Shown here in pieces: positions 9,973-19,956 of a stretch of 64,000 nt of DNA; position 1 is the first letter of the stretch; each line of letters starts with the position of its first letter. The position numbers were made by a program, and so were the translations under genes. Where the stretch lies: sequence record NC_031039.1, one strand, 5' to 3'. The notes below the pieces were generated by a model. It saw nothing but the letters and a program-made list of their open reading frames with translations. It had not been told where the DNA came from and searched no databases.

Positions 9973-10998
9973 ATGAGCAGACTAGACACAGTAGAAAGAA
10001 TTGAAAAAACTTTATTTTCAGTAGGAAATCTATTCTCCGTGAAAAATGTAATTCTTAATGGAAATAAAGGAAAGAACGATAATAAATTAAATTCTATTTA
10101 TACACGCTCATATGATTCACAAAAATATTCAGATAGAAGTACGTTAGATCAAATCCAAATCAGAACTTCTGATTTCCTTGTATTTTCATATCATGACTTT
10201 CAAAATAAAATTAATGAGGATATTTTTATCAGCTATCCTCATATGATGAACTTTATGACAATCTTAACATCTGCTTATAATATGGTTAATACTGATGAGG
10301 TTTATCAAGGAAATAATATTAATCCAAAATATGCAAATGTTTCTTTGACAACAAATCCTCTTGGTGGAGGTAAACAATTAGCTTTTATTCCTACTATTAT
10401 TCAACGAGATCAAGTATATACTAATGGTGTTATTTTATTCCTTGGATCAGAAGATTATGCAATTGAATTAGATGCTTCTCAACTAGGCGCTCTTTATTAT
10501 ATCTTAAATAATTTCAACCTATTATCTGAAAGCTCTACTTTGTTCCTTACAGGATTAATGTTTGATTCAGCTGTAGAAGGTTCTGAACCATCTGTCAACA
10601 CATTTAGCTCTGCGCCTAAAAATAATGCTGGCTTTAACGCTAAACCTAAACGTGGAATCTTTGGTGGGAATAATGGTGCTTCTAGAGGTAATGGTAATAC
10701 ATTCGGTGGAAATAAGAGCGAAGAATCAAGCCCTAAACGTAATGCAGGATTTAAACCGCAAACAAAGAATGTTACTCCAGATGAGTTAGAAAGTGCCATT
10801 GAGAATGGAACTGATCTAAATCCTCCTATTCCTAGTGATGACGATATCCCATTCACTGGTGGAATTGAAGATGATTCTCCTATTGAAACTGGAAGAGAGA
10901 ATAATGATTCTCCTATTAGTTTTAATGATGTAATGGCTGGAGCAACAGAGATCGAAGTTCCTGATCTTGATGATAAAGACGGCGGCATTAATTTCTAA
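9973..10998 (+). CDS. Putative single-stranded DNA-binding protein
   Basis: GGGGA SD before ATG 9973; beta-rich N-domain, G/N/P-rich linker, acidic tail with DDDIPF and terminal DDKDGGINF. Confidence 0.5.
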   Translation: MSRLDTVERIEKTLFSVGNLFSVKNVILNGNKGKNDNKLNSIYTRSYDSQKYSDRSTLDQIQIRTSDFLVFSYHDFQNKINEDIFISYPHMMNFMTILTSAYNMVNTDEVYQGNNINPKYANVSLTTNPLGGGKQLAFIPTIIQRDQVYTNGVILFLGSEDYAIELDASQLGALYYILNNFNLLSESSTLFLTGLMFDSAVEGSEPSVNTFSSAPKNNAGFNAKPKRGIFGGNNGASRGNGNTFGGNKSEESSPKRNAGFKPQTKNVTPDELESAIENGTDLNPPIPSDDDIPFTGGIEDDSPIETGRENNDSPISFNDVMAGATEIEVPDLDDKDGGINF

Positions 10999-11027
10999 GA
11001 TTACAAAGCAAAGGGTGAAACAGAACT

Positions 11028-11366
11028 ATGACAAACAGCAATGATTTCCTAGATAAAATCTCTCAAATTAGTAATACAAAAGAAACAGAAAAGAAAAAAC
11101 CTTCTAGAAAAGGACGTAAGGTTGAAGTAGAAGTATTGGAATTTGAAATTGATGAAGAAAAAGACACTGAGCTAGCAGTATTTGTTAAACAGATAGTTAA
11201 TAAAGCTCAGATTACCAATCAAGATGTATATAATGTATTAGGAAGAGTTGAAGGTTGGAATCTAATTAATGGACTACGAAAGGGTAGTGTTAGTTGGGGA
11301 AGAGTAAAGAAATGGTGTGAAATAATTGGATATAGGGTAGAAATTACTCTATCAAAAATTGATTAA
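11028..11366 (+). CDS. Putative XRE/Cro-like HTH DNA-binding protein
   Basis: C-terminal NLINGLRKGSVSWGRVKKWCEIIGYRVEITL pattern. Confidence 0.45.
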   Translation: MTNSNDFLDKISQISNTKETEKKKPSRKGRKVEVEVLEFEIDEEKDTELAVFVKQIVNKAQITNQDVYNVLGRVEGWNLINGLRKGSVSWGRVKKWCEIIGYRVEITLSKID

Positions 11367-11370
11367 TATA

Positions 11371-11402
11371 AATAAGGATAGACATATATGTCTATCCTTA
11401 TT
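11371..11402. terminator. Bidirectional terminator (perfect 32-bp palindrome)
   Basis: Between convergent genes; flanked by A and T tracts. Confidence 0.8.
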
Positions 11403-11407
11403 TTTTT

Positions 11408-11926
11408 TTATTTTTCTGGATTTGATTCAATTACAGCATCTTTTAATTTAGAGAGTGTATCATTATATCCATAATTTACACCACGAGAGTCCAAGATTTC
11501 TTTAAGTTCTTTTTTAGTTGCTTCTTCAAGATCTTCCATTGTATATGCTATGTCAGAATCAATTTCCTCTAGTTCTTCTTCTGAAATTTCTTCTTGTTCT
11601 TCAACTAATGTTTCTTCTTCTTGAGACTCTTTAGGATCTTCTACAGAAACTTCTTGTTCTTCAACTAATGTTTCTTCTTCTTGAGACTCTTTAGGATCTT
11701 CTACAGAAACTTCTTGTTCTTCAACAGATTCTTCCACTTGAGGTTTTGGCTGTTCCTGAATTTTTTGAGGTTTTTCTTCTTCATAACGAACTACATTAAA
11801 ACCTAGTTTAGTCAACAATTCATACTGACCTACAGTAATACTAATAGGACGGTTAATTGGACCTTTTCCAATAGTAGGAATAAGTTTAGAGTCAGTAATT
11901 GTTACACGAATTCTTTGTTTACTCAT
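11408..11926 (-). CDS. Acidic repeat protein with C-terminal HeH/Rho-N-like domain
   Basis: 20-aa tandem repeat; LEEATKKELKEILDSRGVNY..TLSKLKDAV. Confidence 0.55.
   Translation of the reverse strand: MSKQRIRVTITDSKLIPTIGKGPINRPISITVGQYELLTKLGFNVVRYEEEKPQKIQEQPKPQVEESVEEQEVSVEDPKESQEEETLVEEQEVSVEDPKESQEEETLVEEQEEISEEELEEIDSDIAYTMEDLEEATKKELKEILDSRGVNYGYNDTLSKLKDAVIESNPEK
11591..11725. repeat. Exact 60-nt tandem repeat (2.25 copies)
   Basis: 11591-11650 = 11651-11710, plus partial copy to 11725. Confidence 0.95.
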
Positions 11927-11941
11927 ATACTGTATCCTCCC

Positions 11942-12541
11942 TTAAAGTAAGTCTAGATCTAATAATGACTCTCCGATGGCTTCTAATTCTTCATCATCTT
12001 CGTCATCTTCATCTGCTAATTCTTCAATTTCTTTATCATCAGCAATAGTCTCTTTTTCTTCATTAATTAAAATTTCTTCAAGTTCATCCAATGCTTCATC
12101 AAGAATAATGTCATCATCTTCGTCATCATCCTCAAAATCAAGAACTTCTTCATTAGAAGTTGCTTCTTCTAATTCAAGTTCTTCTAATGTAACTTCATCT
12201 TCTTCTTCTTTGACAACCTCTTCATCTTCAGAGATGATTTCTTCATCTAATAGTTCTTCAGATAACTCTGCACCTTCTAATAGATCATCTTCGTCATCAT
12301 CATCCATATATAAACCTGAAGTGTCATCATCTTCGTCATCAAGATCATTAACATCTAAGTCTACATCAAGATCATCAATGTCAACTGATAAATCCTGACC
12401 GTCAATTTTTGCTTCATCAAGAACTTCATCTTCAGTTGTCTCAACTGTTTCTAGTTCTTCCTCTAAACCCTCAAGTTCCTCATCAATATTAAGCAACTCA
12501 GTATCTTCATTAAGCATCTTATTTTTAATAGTTTTAAACAT
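11942..12541 (-). CDS. Hyperacidic late protein (prohead core-like or DNA mimic)
   Basis: Roughly half D/E residues; AACA-N6-TA at 12579-12590; SD AGGAG. Confidence 0.6.
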   Translation of the reverse strand: MFKTIKNKMLNEDTELLNIDEELEGLEEELETVETTEDEVLDEAKIDGQDLSVDIDDLDVDLDVNDLDDEDDDTSGLYMDDDDEDDLLEGAELSEELLDEEIISEDEEVVKEEEDEVTLEELELEEATSNEEVLDFEDDDEDDDIILDEALDELEEILINEEKETIADDKEIEELADEDDEDDEELEAIGESLLDLDLL

Positions 12542-12581
12542 TTAAGTCTGCTCCTTCCTTAAATAAGGTAATTATACTTAT

Positions 12582-13769
12582 TTAATTGTTTAAAATTGTA
12601 TTCTTTATTTCTTTTAGTATGAAGAGAATACATGGAATAATCATATAATTATCCAATGTCTCCTTTATTTTTTCCTTAGTAATAAAATTAACAATTTCTT
12701 CTTCTACTAAAGCATTGTTTAAAAAATTAATTATAAAATTATTTATTTTATAATTATCATCAGCATAAGGTTCATTTGTTTTAATTCTTTTAATAAAATC
12801 ACTAATAAATAAAGGTAATAAATCACTAGAATCTGATTCAGAATAACTAATATGAAGAATGTTATACTTGTTTTTATAGAGATTAAATATGCTCTTACTA
12901 TCATTAATTTCTTCAAGAGTATAGTTTAAATTCTCTAAATTATCTGTACTTTTTTCTTCAATGGCTGAGTAGATACTATTATCATAGGCGAAAAATTCAT
13001 CCATGCTTTCATTTAGTAGCGGTTCTATTTTAATATTTTTCAAGAATGTTTTAGAATTGATAAATAGATTATTACTTTGGATAAATTTCATAAGCATATT
13101 ATCGTATAATTGATTCTTGAAAAGAAAAGTATTATAGAACTTATTATAAAATAACTTTGTATACTGTTTTGATAAGATATTAAATGCATCATCTATTTTA
13201 CCTAACAGGAGAAAATCTGTGGTCTTAAGAATACTCTTAGCTTCTTTACCAATATTCTCATAAACAACTTTATATTCTTCAGTTAATTGTCTCTCTTCCA
13301 GTATTCCAAGATTATCACCTGATAGTATATAAGTAATTCTATAGAATACTTTATTATCAATACTGCTAGTCTCAACATTACTAATTCTAAATAGATAATC
13401 TTTATTTAGATAATTAACTAGGAAATAGTCATTTGGGAGTGGTTTAAGAGTATTAGGTAGAACGATTGCAGTACTTTCTACTGATGTATCTAGACCATTT
13501 TCAGTATCATATTCTAAATTAGGATCAATTTGCTCCATATTATAAATAGGGAAATTTTCAATTTTATTAAATTTTATAGGAGACTCTACACCAATAACTT
13601 CCATAACACCTTGTAGTGTTTGATCTTCCATAGAATTCATTATATCTTTAGAATAATAAGTGACAAAGTTTGGAGAACCTTCTATGAACCGAGAGAAATC
13701 TTTAGTGGTACTCGTAAAATTGTTTATATATTTTTCGATTACATCTTTTTCTTCAATAAATCGACCCAT
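12582..13769 (-). CDS. Virion structural protein (possibly neck/head closure)
   Basis: Late promoter motif at 13804-13815; beta-rich N-terminal domain; function inferred only. Confidence 0.45.
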   Translation of the reverse strand: MGRFIEEKDVIEKYINNFTSTTKDFSRFIEGSPNFVTYYSKDIMNSMEDQTLQGVMEVIGVESPIKFNKIENFPIYNMEQIDPNLEYDTENGLDTSVESTAIVLPNTLKPLPNDYFLVNYLNKDYLFRISNVETSSIDNKVFYRITYILSGDNLGILEERQLTEEYKVVYENIGKEAKSILKTTDFLLLGKIDDAFNILSKQYTKLFYNKFYNTFLFKNQLYDNMLMKFIQSNNLFINSKTFLKNIKIEPLLNESMDEFFAYDNSIYSAIEEKSTDNLENLNYTLEEINDSKSIFNLYKNKYNILHISYSESDSSDLLPLFISDFIKRIKTNEPYADDNYKINNFIINFLNNALVEEEIVNFITKEKIKETLDNYMIIPCILFILKEIKNTILNN

Positions 13770-13855
13770 TATTTTAACCTCCTTTAAATTAATATAAAGC
13801 CAATATTCATTTGTTCAGTTATTATTTACATGATAAACTTTGATTCATTTGTTGA

Positions 13856-13867
13856 AACATACTATTA
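13856..13867 (+). promoter_or_regulatory. AR9-type late promoter AACA-N6-TA (representative copy)
   Basis: Found just upstream of structural/late genes at 3187+, 3220+, 12579-, 13804-, 13856+, 25101-, 31790-, 35098-, 36380-, 40112-, 51518+, 53990-, 57668-, 58001+, 60395+; matches the published AR9 non-virion RNAP consensus. Confidence 0.8.
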
Positions 13868-13906
13868 GTGATTTAAAAATAAAATAAGAAGGAGGGAGAA
13901 TAAGAA

Positions 13907-14716
13907 ATGCAAAAAATTGAGAATGAACTAAATAATCTTTTATATGAGTCTATAGAAATACAAAATTTAATCAATGAAATATATTATATTGAAAGAAGTT
14001 TAATTTTATCTGAATATAATGATATTTCTAATAATACAGCTATATTAAATGAAAATTTAACTGATAGTATATTAAGAGTTTTACAAAAAATAAAATTACT
14101 CATTAATAAAATTATTATTTGGTTTAAAGATATATTTAGCAAGGTAATAACAAAAATTAAGAATGATACTCCCAACTATAATTTAAATAGTAAAAAAAGA
14201 GTAATATCAGAAATTGATATTATACTAAGTATTAATAATTTACTTAGATCTTATGAGGATGTAAGTGTTGATTTGAGTTCAATCAACCTTTTATTGTCGG
14301 CTAGTATTAATAATACAAAGCTAAATAATGTTAATATACCAAATATGAAAAAGACAATTAATAATAAGAAAAAATCAATTAAAGATTCTTGTGAAAATAT
14401 TGTAGTTAAAAGAACAAATTTAACATATATAGCTAGCGATATTAATGCTATTATAAAAAATAAAAATATTTTAGTAAATTATTTAAATAAAAAATGTAAT
14501 AAACAGATTCAAAATCAAATTATAGTTATGAAAGAATATTATCATACTTTGACTAGGATGAATAATTCTGGAATTGATCAAGGTAAATTATATATAACTA
14601 TAAATTCTCTTGCAGAATTTATTAGCATTTCAATAAGTTCATACTCTCAACTGCTTACAGCAGGTATTTCTATTCTCTCTGAAAGTACAAAAGTGTTAGA
14701 ACAATTTACAGAATAA
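13907..14716 (+). CDS. Putative internal head protein (paralog family with 60451 and 61637)
   Basis: LxE-rich N-terminus then amphipathic KIKLLINKIIIWFKDIF helix; late promoter. Confidence 0.5.
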   Translation: MQKIENELNNLLYESIEIQNLINEIYYIERSLILSEYNDISNNTAILNENLTDSILRVLQKIKLLINKIIIWFKDIFSKVITKIKNDTPNYNLNSKKRVISEIDIILSINNLLRSYEDVSVDLSSINLLLSASINNTKLNNVNIPNMKKTINNKKKSIKDSCENIVVKRTNLTYIASDINAIIKNKNILVNYLNKKCNKQIQNQIIVMKEYYHTLTRMNNSGIDQGKLYITINSLAEFISISISSYSQLLTAGISILSESTKVLEQFTE

Positions 14717-14734
14717 TAGAGAGGTAGATTTATA

Positions 14735-14950
14735 ATGCGTGGTAGAAGTAGATATTATAAACATTCAATCATGTCCAATGCGACATTCGGAGAGTTAACT
14801 ATCAGAAATAAAGATATGGAATTAATTATTCCACAAAAATATATTACTTTAGAAGGTAAGATTTATCAGAATATTCAGAAACTTATTGATAAAGGTAATA
14901 TAGTTGAGTTAAAAGAAAGAGGAATTAAAATAAATAATCTAATGTCATAA
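14735..14950 (+). CDS. Hypothetical protein
   Basis: 71-aa ORF with GAGG SD. Confidence 0.5.
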   Translation: MRGRSRYYKHSIMSNATFGELTIRNKDMELIIPQKYITLEGKIYQNIQKLIDKGNIVELKERGIKINNLMS

Positions 14951-14977
14951 GAGACATTAGATTATTTTATTATTTTG

Positions 14978-15361
14978 TCAAGAAACTTTCTGTTCTACTT
15001 TAAAATGAAATAGTGTATTTACATAATCATTTGTTTCTGGATTTTGAGAGATAACAAAGACCTTATCCTCATCTTTATCTTCACATACAATATCACTAGT
15101 ATTACAAATATCCAGATTTGAAATTGCATTAATGATTAACTTTTTATAGTTTTTATCCTTCATTCTTACAATAAAACGACAAGATGGTTTATCTCTAAAT
15201 TCTTTATATTTTTCTCTTAATACTTTTAACATCTCTAGATAAATGTAATCTTCCATAATTTCATTATTATCCATGAATGAACCTTCAACTAATTTAATAA
15301 TTTCCATTTTTATGCACCCCTCTAGATATTGGATTAATCTAACTAAATGTTGATTATTCAC
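14978..15361 (-). CDS. Hypothetical protein
   Basis: 127-aa ORF convergent on 14735; start uncertain. Confidence 0.5.
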   Translation of the reverse strand: MNNQHLVRLIQYLEGCIKMEIIKLVEGSFMDNNEIMEDYIYLEMLKVLREKYKEFRDKPSCRFIVRMKDKNYKKLIINAISNLDICNTSDIVCEDKDEDKVFVISQNPETNDYVNTLFHFKVEQKVS

Positions 15362-15461
15362 ATAAAAAAATTAAAAATTTCAGAGACGTATTAAAATTTT
15401 AGATGAAATATATATTATTAAAGTGAAGAGGATGTTATATTTATTAAAGGAGAGGTAAATT

Positions 15462-16385
15462 ATGATTTGTGAGAAAGAAAGAGAGATCACAGTAGAAGAG
15501 AGAATTAGGAATGTAAGAAAATTAAATGTTAGTAGAGAAGTATTGGAAGAGATGGTAAAGAGACACTATAGAAAAGTTCCTGTAGATTTAATTCTAAAGA
15601 ATACATTTATGGTTCCATTATATACTGAAGCTTTACCAAAATGTATTATATATCGAAAAGACAGATATCCTAAAAATCGTTATGTTGGTCTTAAAGAGAC
15701 TATTAAGAAACAACATTTTCAGATGTATCATATTATATCAAATATTAAAGAAGAAGAAAGAACTGTCGCTGAACAACAATTTTTGAATTATATAGATAGT
15801 AAGGACTTCTATAGTCTTCAGATGAAACTTCTCACCATATTTATTTCCACATCAGCAATGACTAATCCAAATACTAACTATCTCCAAAACTTCAGTAATA
15901 GCGTACTTAAAGTAATAAATAAGATTAAGAATGAAAGAAAAATTGAATTTATTGGACAAGCAGAAACAAAATTTAATTTTTATTTCTCTGATCATTTTCA
16001 ATTTGATAGAATGATACATCGTGGTATTCCCTATCATAATCTAGAAATGGCATTAACGCCAATCGTTCAGTTTGAAAACTATAATAAATTTAAGAAAGGG
16101 ACAGTGATAGCATCACAACTAAACTTAGGTGATACTGAAATTAGTCCTATTATCCTAGTAGGTGTTACTAAGAATGAAGATAAAGAAATTGAATTCACAA
16201 TTATTACAGTACTTTATAATCAGGATAAAAATTATGTAATAAAAGATTGTGATGATTTTATATGTAGATATTATCATGAAGAACAGAAAAGATATAGAAG
16301 TATTAATTATAAAAGTAATAAGAAAGTATTTAGAAAATATTTCCCTACTATTAAGGTAGTAGACGAGGAGGAAGGCATTTATTAA
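15462..16385 (+). CDS. Early hypothetical protein
   Basis: Early promoter at 15406, AGGAGAGG SD, terminator hairpin after the stop. Confidence 0.65.
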   Translation: MICEKEREITVEERIRNVRKLNVSREVLEEMVKRHYRKVPVDLILKNTFMVPLYTEALPKCIIYRKDRYPKNRYVGLKETIKKQHFQMYHIISNIKEEERTVAEQQFLNYIDSKDFYSLQMKLLTIFISTSAMTNPNTNYLQNFSNSVLKVINKIKNERKIEFIGQAETKFNFYFSDHFQFDRMIHRGIPYHNLEMALTPIVQFENYNKFKKGTVIASQLNLGDTEISPIILVGVTKNEDKEIEFTIITVLYNQDKNYVIKDCDDFICRYYHEEQKRYRSINYKSNKKVFRKYFPTIKVVDEEEGIY

Positions 16386-16459
16386 TGCCTTTCTTTTTTT
16401 TATTGAAAAAATTAAATATATATTATAAAAAAGAATAAAATTATTAAGGGGGAAGTATA

Positions 16460-17171
16460 ATGGAAATTGTTGTAAAAGCATTAAATGTTTCTTCAGAAGT
16501 ACATGAAGTGGAAAAATTATTTAGACTCTACGATAATGGGTATAAAAATGTTCTTTATGGTAATTATCAAAATGATGTGTGTTTGCTATCTAAAGATGTT
16601 ATTCCAAAGGATATAATTAAAAATATTAATGATAATATACTAGAAGAAATTTATTTGGAATTACTTTGGTTGAGTAAATCTCCTGTTTTTATAATTAATA
16701 AACTTAAATATACAGAAGTTTTAAGTTATGATGATGATGGCAATTTAATCGTAAAAGCTAACAATGATAGTTTAAAAGATATTAAATTTTATGTAGAAAA
16801 AGGTGAATAAAATGGAAATCATTGTAAAAGCATTAACTGCTGTAGCTGAAGTAACAGAATTGGAAACTCTATATGAACATTTTAAGAATGGTTATACTCA
16901 TATTCTTGCGTCTAATTATCAAGATGACTTATGTTTAGTAGCTAAAGGTAATATTGAAGGAGATATAATTGAAGAATTAAAAAATGAATTGTCTGAAGAG
17001 GCATTTGAAGAATTAATGTGGATTAGTAAAGAATTTAATTTAGTAGATAGATTTAAAGATGAATTATATCATATTGAAGTATTATATAATGAAGATGATT
17101 ATCTGATTGCTAGAATTAAAGATAATGATTATCTAAAAGATATTAAATTTCATGTGGAAAAAGGAGATTAA
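16460..17171 (+). CDS. Tandem paralogous early proteins (16460-16810, 16803-17171)
   Basis: MEIVVKAL/MEIIVKAL starts, shared YQxDxCL and LKDIKF(Y/H)VEKG(E/D) ends. Confidence 0.75.
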
Positions 17172-17687
17172 AACAGGAGAACATATGTTTAAGTGTCTTA
17201 AGAAAATTTTAAATAAAACTAAAAAGATTAAATGTGATCATCATGGAATTGAAATGGGATCAAAAGGACGTATTGCTGATCCAATACATTATTTTAAATG
17301 TAATAAATGTGGCTTATATTGTGATAATAATATTATGAAAAGTAGAAAAAATAAAAATAATTATATAGAATTAATGGATCTCTACTTTAATAATCAATTA
17401 GCAGTTAGAGATAAAGATTTTAATAATGGCGAATTAAGTTATTTTGAGGATTATTTTAATAGTTTTAGATTGTAAGAGAATAATTAATTATTCTCTTAAT
17501 ATCATCATGAATATACATAAAAGGAGTAATAAAAATGGATATCTATGAATCATTTTGTTTTTCACTATTAGGATTTGGTTTAGCGATTGCAGTTGTATGT
17601 GTAACATTAAGTGTTATCTTAGTATTAAATACCAATATTCTTATTAAAAGACAAATTGAAAAGTTGGAGGATAAAATAAATGACTAA
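17152..17687 (+). CDS. Zinc-binding hypothetical (17152-17475) and 50-aa membrane protein (17535-17687, not in track)
   Basis: CDHH..CNKC motif; AAGGAG-led ORF MDIYESFCFSLLGFGLAIAVV. Confidence 0.5.
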
Positions 17688-18144
17688 AATTATCTCAGGT
17701 TTTCCAGGAATTGGTAAGAGTACTCTCTATAATAATACTGATTTAAAAGTTTTAGACTCTGATAGTAGTAATTTTTCATGGTCACGTCCGGGAGTACGCA
17801 ATAAGGATTTTCCACAAAATTATATCGATCATATTAAAGAAAATATGGGTAAAGTGGATATTATTCTTGTATCTTCACATGATGTCGTAAGAGAAGCGCT
17901 TAATGATAATAATATTGATTATTATATTGTATATCCTGATATTAAATTAAAAGATGAATATCTTAAACGTTATAAAGAAAGAGGAAATGATGATAAGTTT
18001 TTATCTTTCATAGAGAAAAATTGGGAATCCTTTATTAATGCAATTGAAGATGAAAATAACGCAACATTGATTAAATTGCATTCTAATGAATACTTATCTG
18101 ATATTATTAAATTATTTAAAAATATTGAAGGGATGGGGTTGTGA
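17680..18144 (+). CDS. P-loop NTPase / nucleotide kinase-like protein
   Basis: IISGFPGIGKST Walker A, LDSDSS. Confidence 0.7.
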   Translation: MTKIISGFPGIGKSTLYNNTDLKVLDSDSSNFSWSRPGVRNKDFPQNYIDHIKENMGKVDIILVSSHDVVREALNDNNIDYYIVYPDIKLKDEYLKRYKERGNDDKFLSFIEKNWESFINAIEDENNATLIKLHSNEYLSDIIKLFKNIEGMGL

Positions 18145-18370
18145 AATGAAAAGAGACTAAAGACATAAAAGTAGTTATTCATATACTATTAGTAGTATAT
18201 CAAATATTAAATTTTCTGATAAAAAGATAAATGAAATAAAGTCTATATTCTAGAACTAGAAATGAAGATATTACCAGAAGATTGATAATTTATTTATGGC
18301 AGAGATGGTGGTTATTCAAATATGGCTGAAGTATTCAATAATAAAAATAAATAAAAGAGGTTAAAAATAA

Positions 18371-18784
18371 ATGGATAAACATCAGAATATTATAGAATTT
18401 ATTGGATTGATTAGAGGAAGTGATGCTAAAGAAATACTCGGTTCTAAATATAGGGGAGTTAGAGATGATCAACACTCTGCTTCTTATATAATTAAGGAAA
18501 TATATACTAATGGTAATTGCGGTCAATTAGTAAAATTGCTTAAACATGTATATCCTGAAACTAAACCAATATTAATTACAAATTTTATAGATCCTAAGAC
18601 TAAAGAAAAATTTCCAATGTATCATATAGTTGCTGATATTGATAACAAGATATACGATATTGATGGAGAATTCATGAACAGTAATTTAAATAATTACGAA
18701 CACAAATATTTATCAGATGATGAGTTTAAAAATGAAAAATTAGAGAATTATTCCTTTAAAAATAGAGGAGCACTTGAGAATTAA
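18371..18784 (+). CDS. Hypothetical protein with possible Cys-His-Asp triad
   Basis: YTNGNCGQL...YHIV...IYDIDG. Confidence 0.5.
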   Translation: MDKHQNIIEFIGLIRGSDAKEILGSKYRGVRDDQHSASYIIKEIYTNGNCGQLVKLLKHVYPETKPILITNFIDPKTKEKFPMYHIVADIDNKIYDIDGEFMNSNLNNYEHKYLSDDEFKNEKLENYSFKNRGALEN

Positions 18785-18803
18785 AGTGAGGTAGTAAAAT
18801 TCT

Positions 18804-19956
18804 ATGAGTAAATGGACAAAAAAAGTAGATGTATTTAATGATGCAGAATTTATTTTGGGAAAACCTTATAAAATTATTTTAAGTAATGATGATAAAGAGA
18901 TTGTCTATGGATTATTGTCTGATATAAGTGACTATTCATTGCAATTTATTATTTATGATAGTGATACAGGACATAAGAGAATCTCATTTAATATTCATGA
19001 GTTTTTAAATAATGATTTTATGATTGTTGAGTTAGATGACGATAATGAATTGGAATTATATTCAGGGCAAATTTATCAGATGATTTATGATACAGAAATT
19101 GCTGGTTATATGGTATCAAGTGGTGCATTTATTAAAATTGATTCAATTACAGAATATCCCAATCGTAAAATATATAATATTACTATTAAGAATAAAGGTT
19201 ATATAAAAGAATTTAAACTTGCTAAAAATCACCTTCAAAAAATTAATACAAATTCAATGAAAATTGAAATGAGTGAAGATGAATGGGATAATTTAATTGA
19301 TTATTCAACTAATAAAGATGAGGGAGTTGTAGAATAATGAAATGTCCTGATTGTGAAGGTACAGGATATGATACTTGGTTTGTTGGAGATAAAAAGATAC
19401 AAGATCATAATACCCCATGTATTAATTGTAATGGATATGGTAAAATTAAGGAGGATAATAAATGAGCGTTCAGTGGACTAAAAAAGTAGAAATAGATGTA
19501 TTTAATGGACAAAAATTTAATATTGGTAATGCTTATAAAATTTTTGCAGATAATTCCACTTATACTGGTTTATTGAAAAAAGTTACTGATGATCAATTAG
19601 ATTTTACAACTCTGAATCATGATGTTTTTGTTAGCATTGGTGATATATTAGGTGGTAGTGTAAGAATTATTGAAATGAGCGCATATAATAAAATAGATTA
19701 TAAACCGGGACAAGTTTTCAAATTAATTAGTGGTATGACAATTTGTGGGGAACGAGTCTTTAGTAATTCACTAATAATAATTGATTCCATACTTTTAGGT
19801 TCTGAAGGAAAAGATTACTATAATATTGTTATTAAAAATAAAGGTCAAATAACGAGAGAATTAAGTATAACTAAAGATAATTTTATAGAAATTGATAAAA
19901 ACTCAGAGCAAATAAGGATGACATCTAATGAATGGAAAAATATACAATTTGATTGA
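18804..19956 (+). CDS. Tandem paralogs (18804-19337, 19462-19956) flanking a 42-aa DnaJ-type zinc-finger ORF (19337-19465)
   Basis: Shared WTKKV.D.VFN...F.(L/I)G..YKI and IKNKG.I; small ORF MKCPDCEGTG...CINCNGYG with overlapping start/stop junctions. Confidence 0.7.

Noticed and set aside
10497-10988. 163-aa antisense ORF
   Set aside because: Shadow of the low-complexity tail of the SSB-like gene
11976-12398. 140-aa poly-Ser ORF on + strand
   Set aside because: Antisense shadow of GAA/GAT codons of the acidic protein; no SD
18146-18360. Possible decayed ORF between the kinase and 18371
   Set aside because: Short broken frames with no recognisable homology; cannot support a pseudogene call
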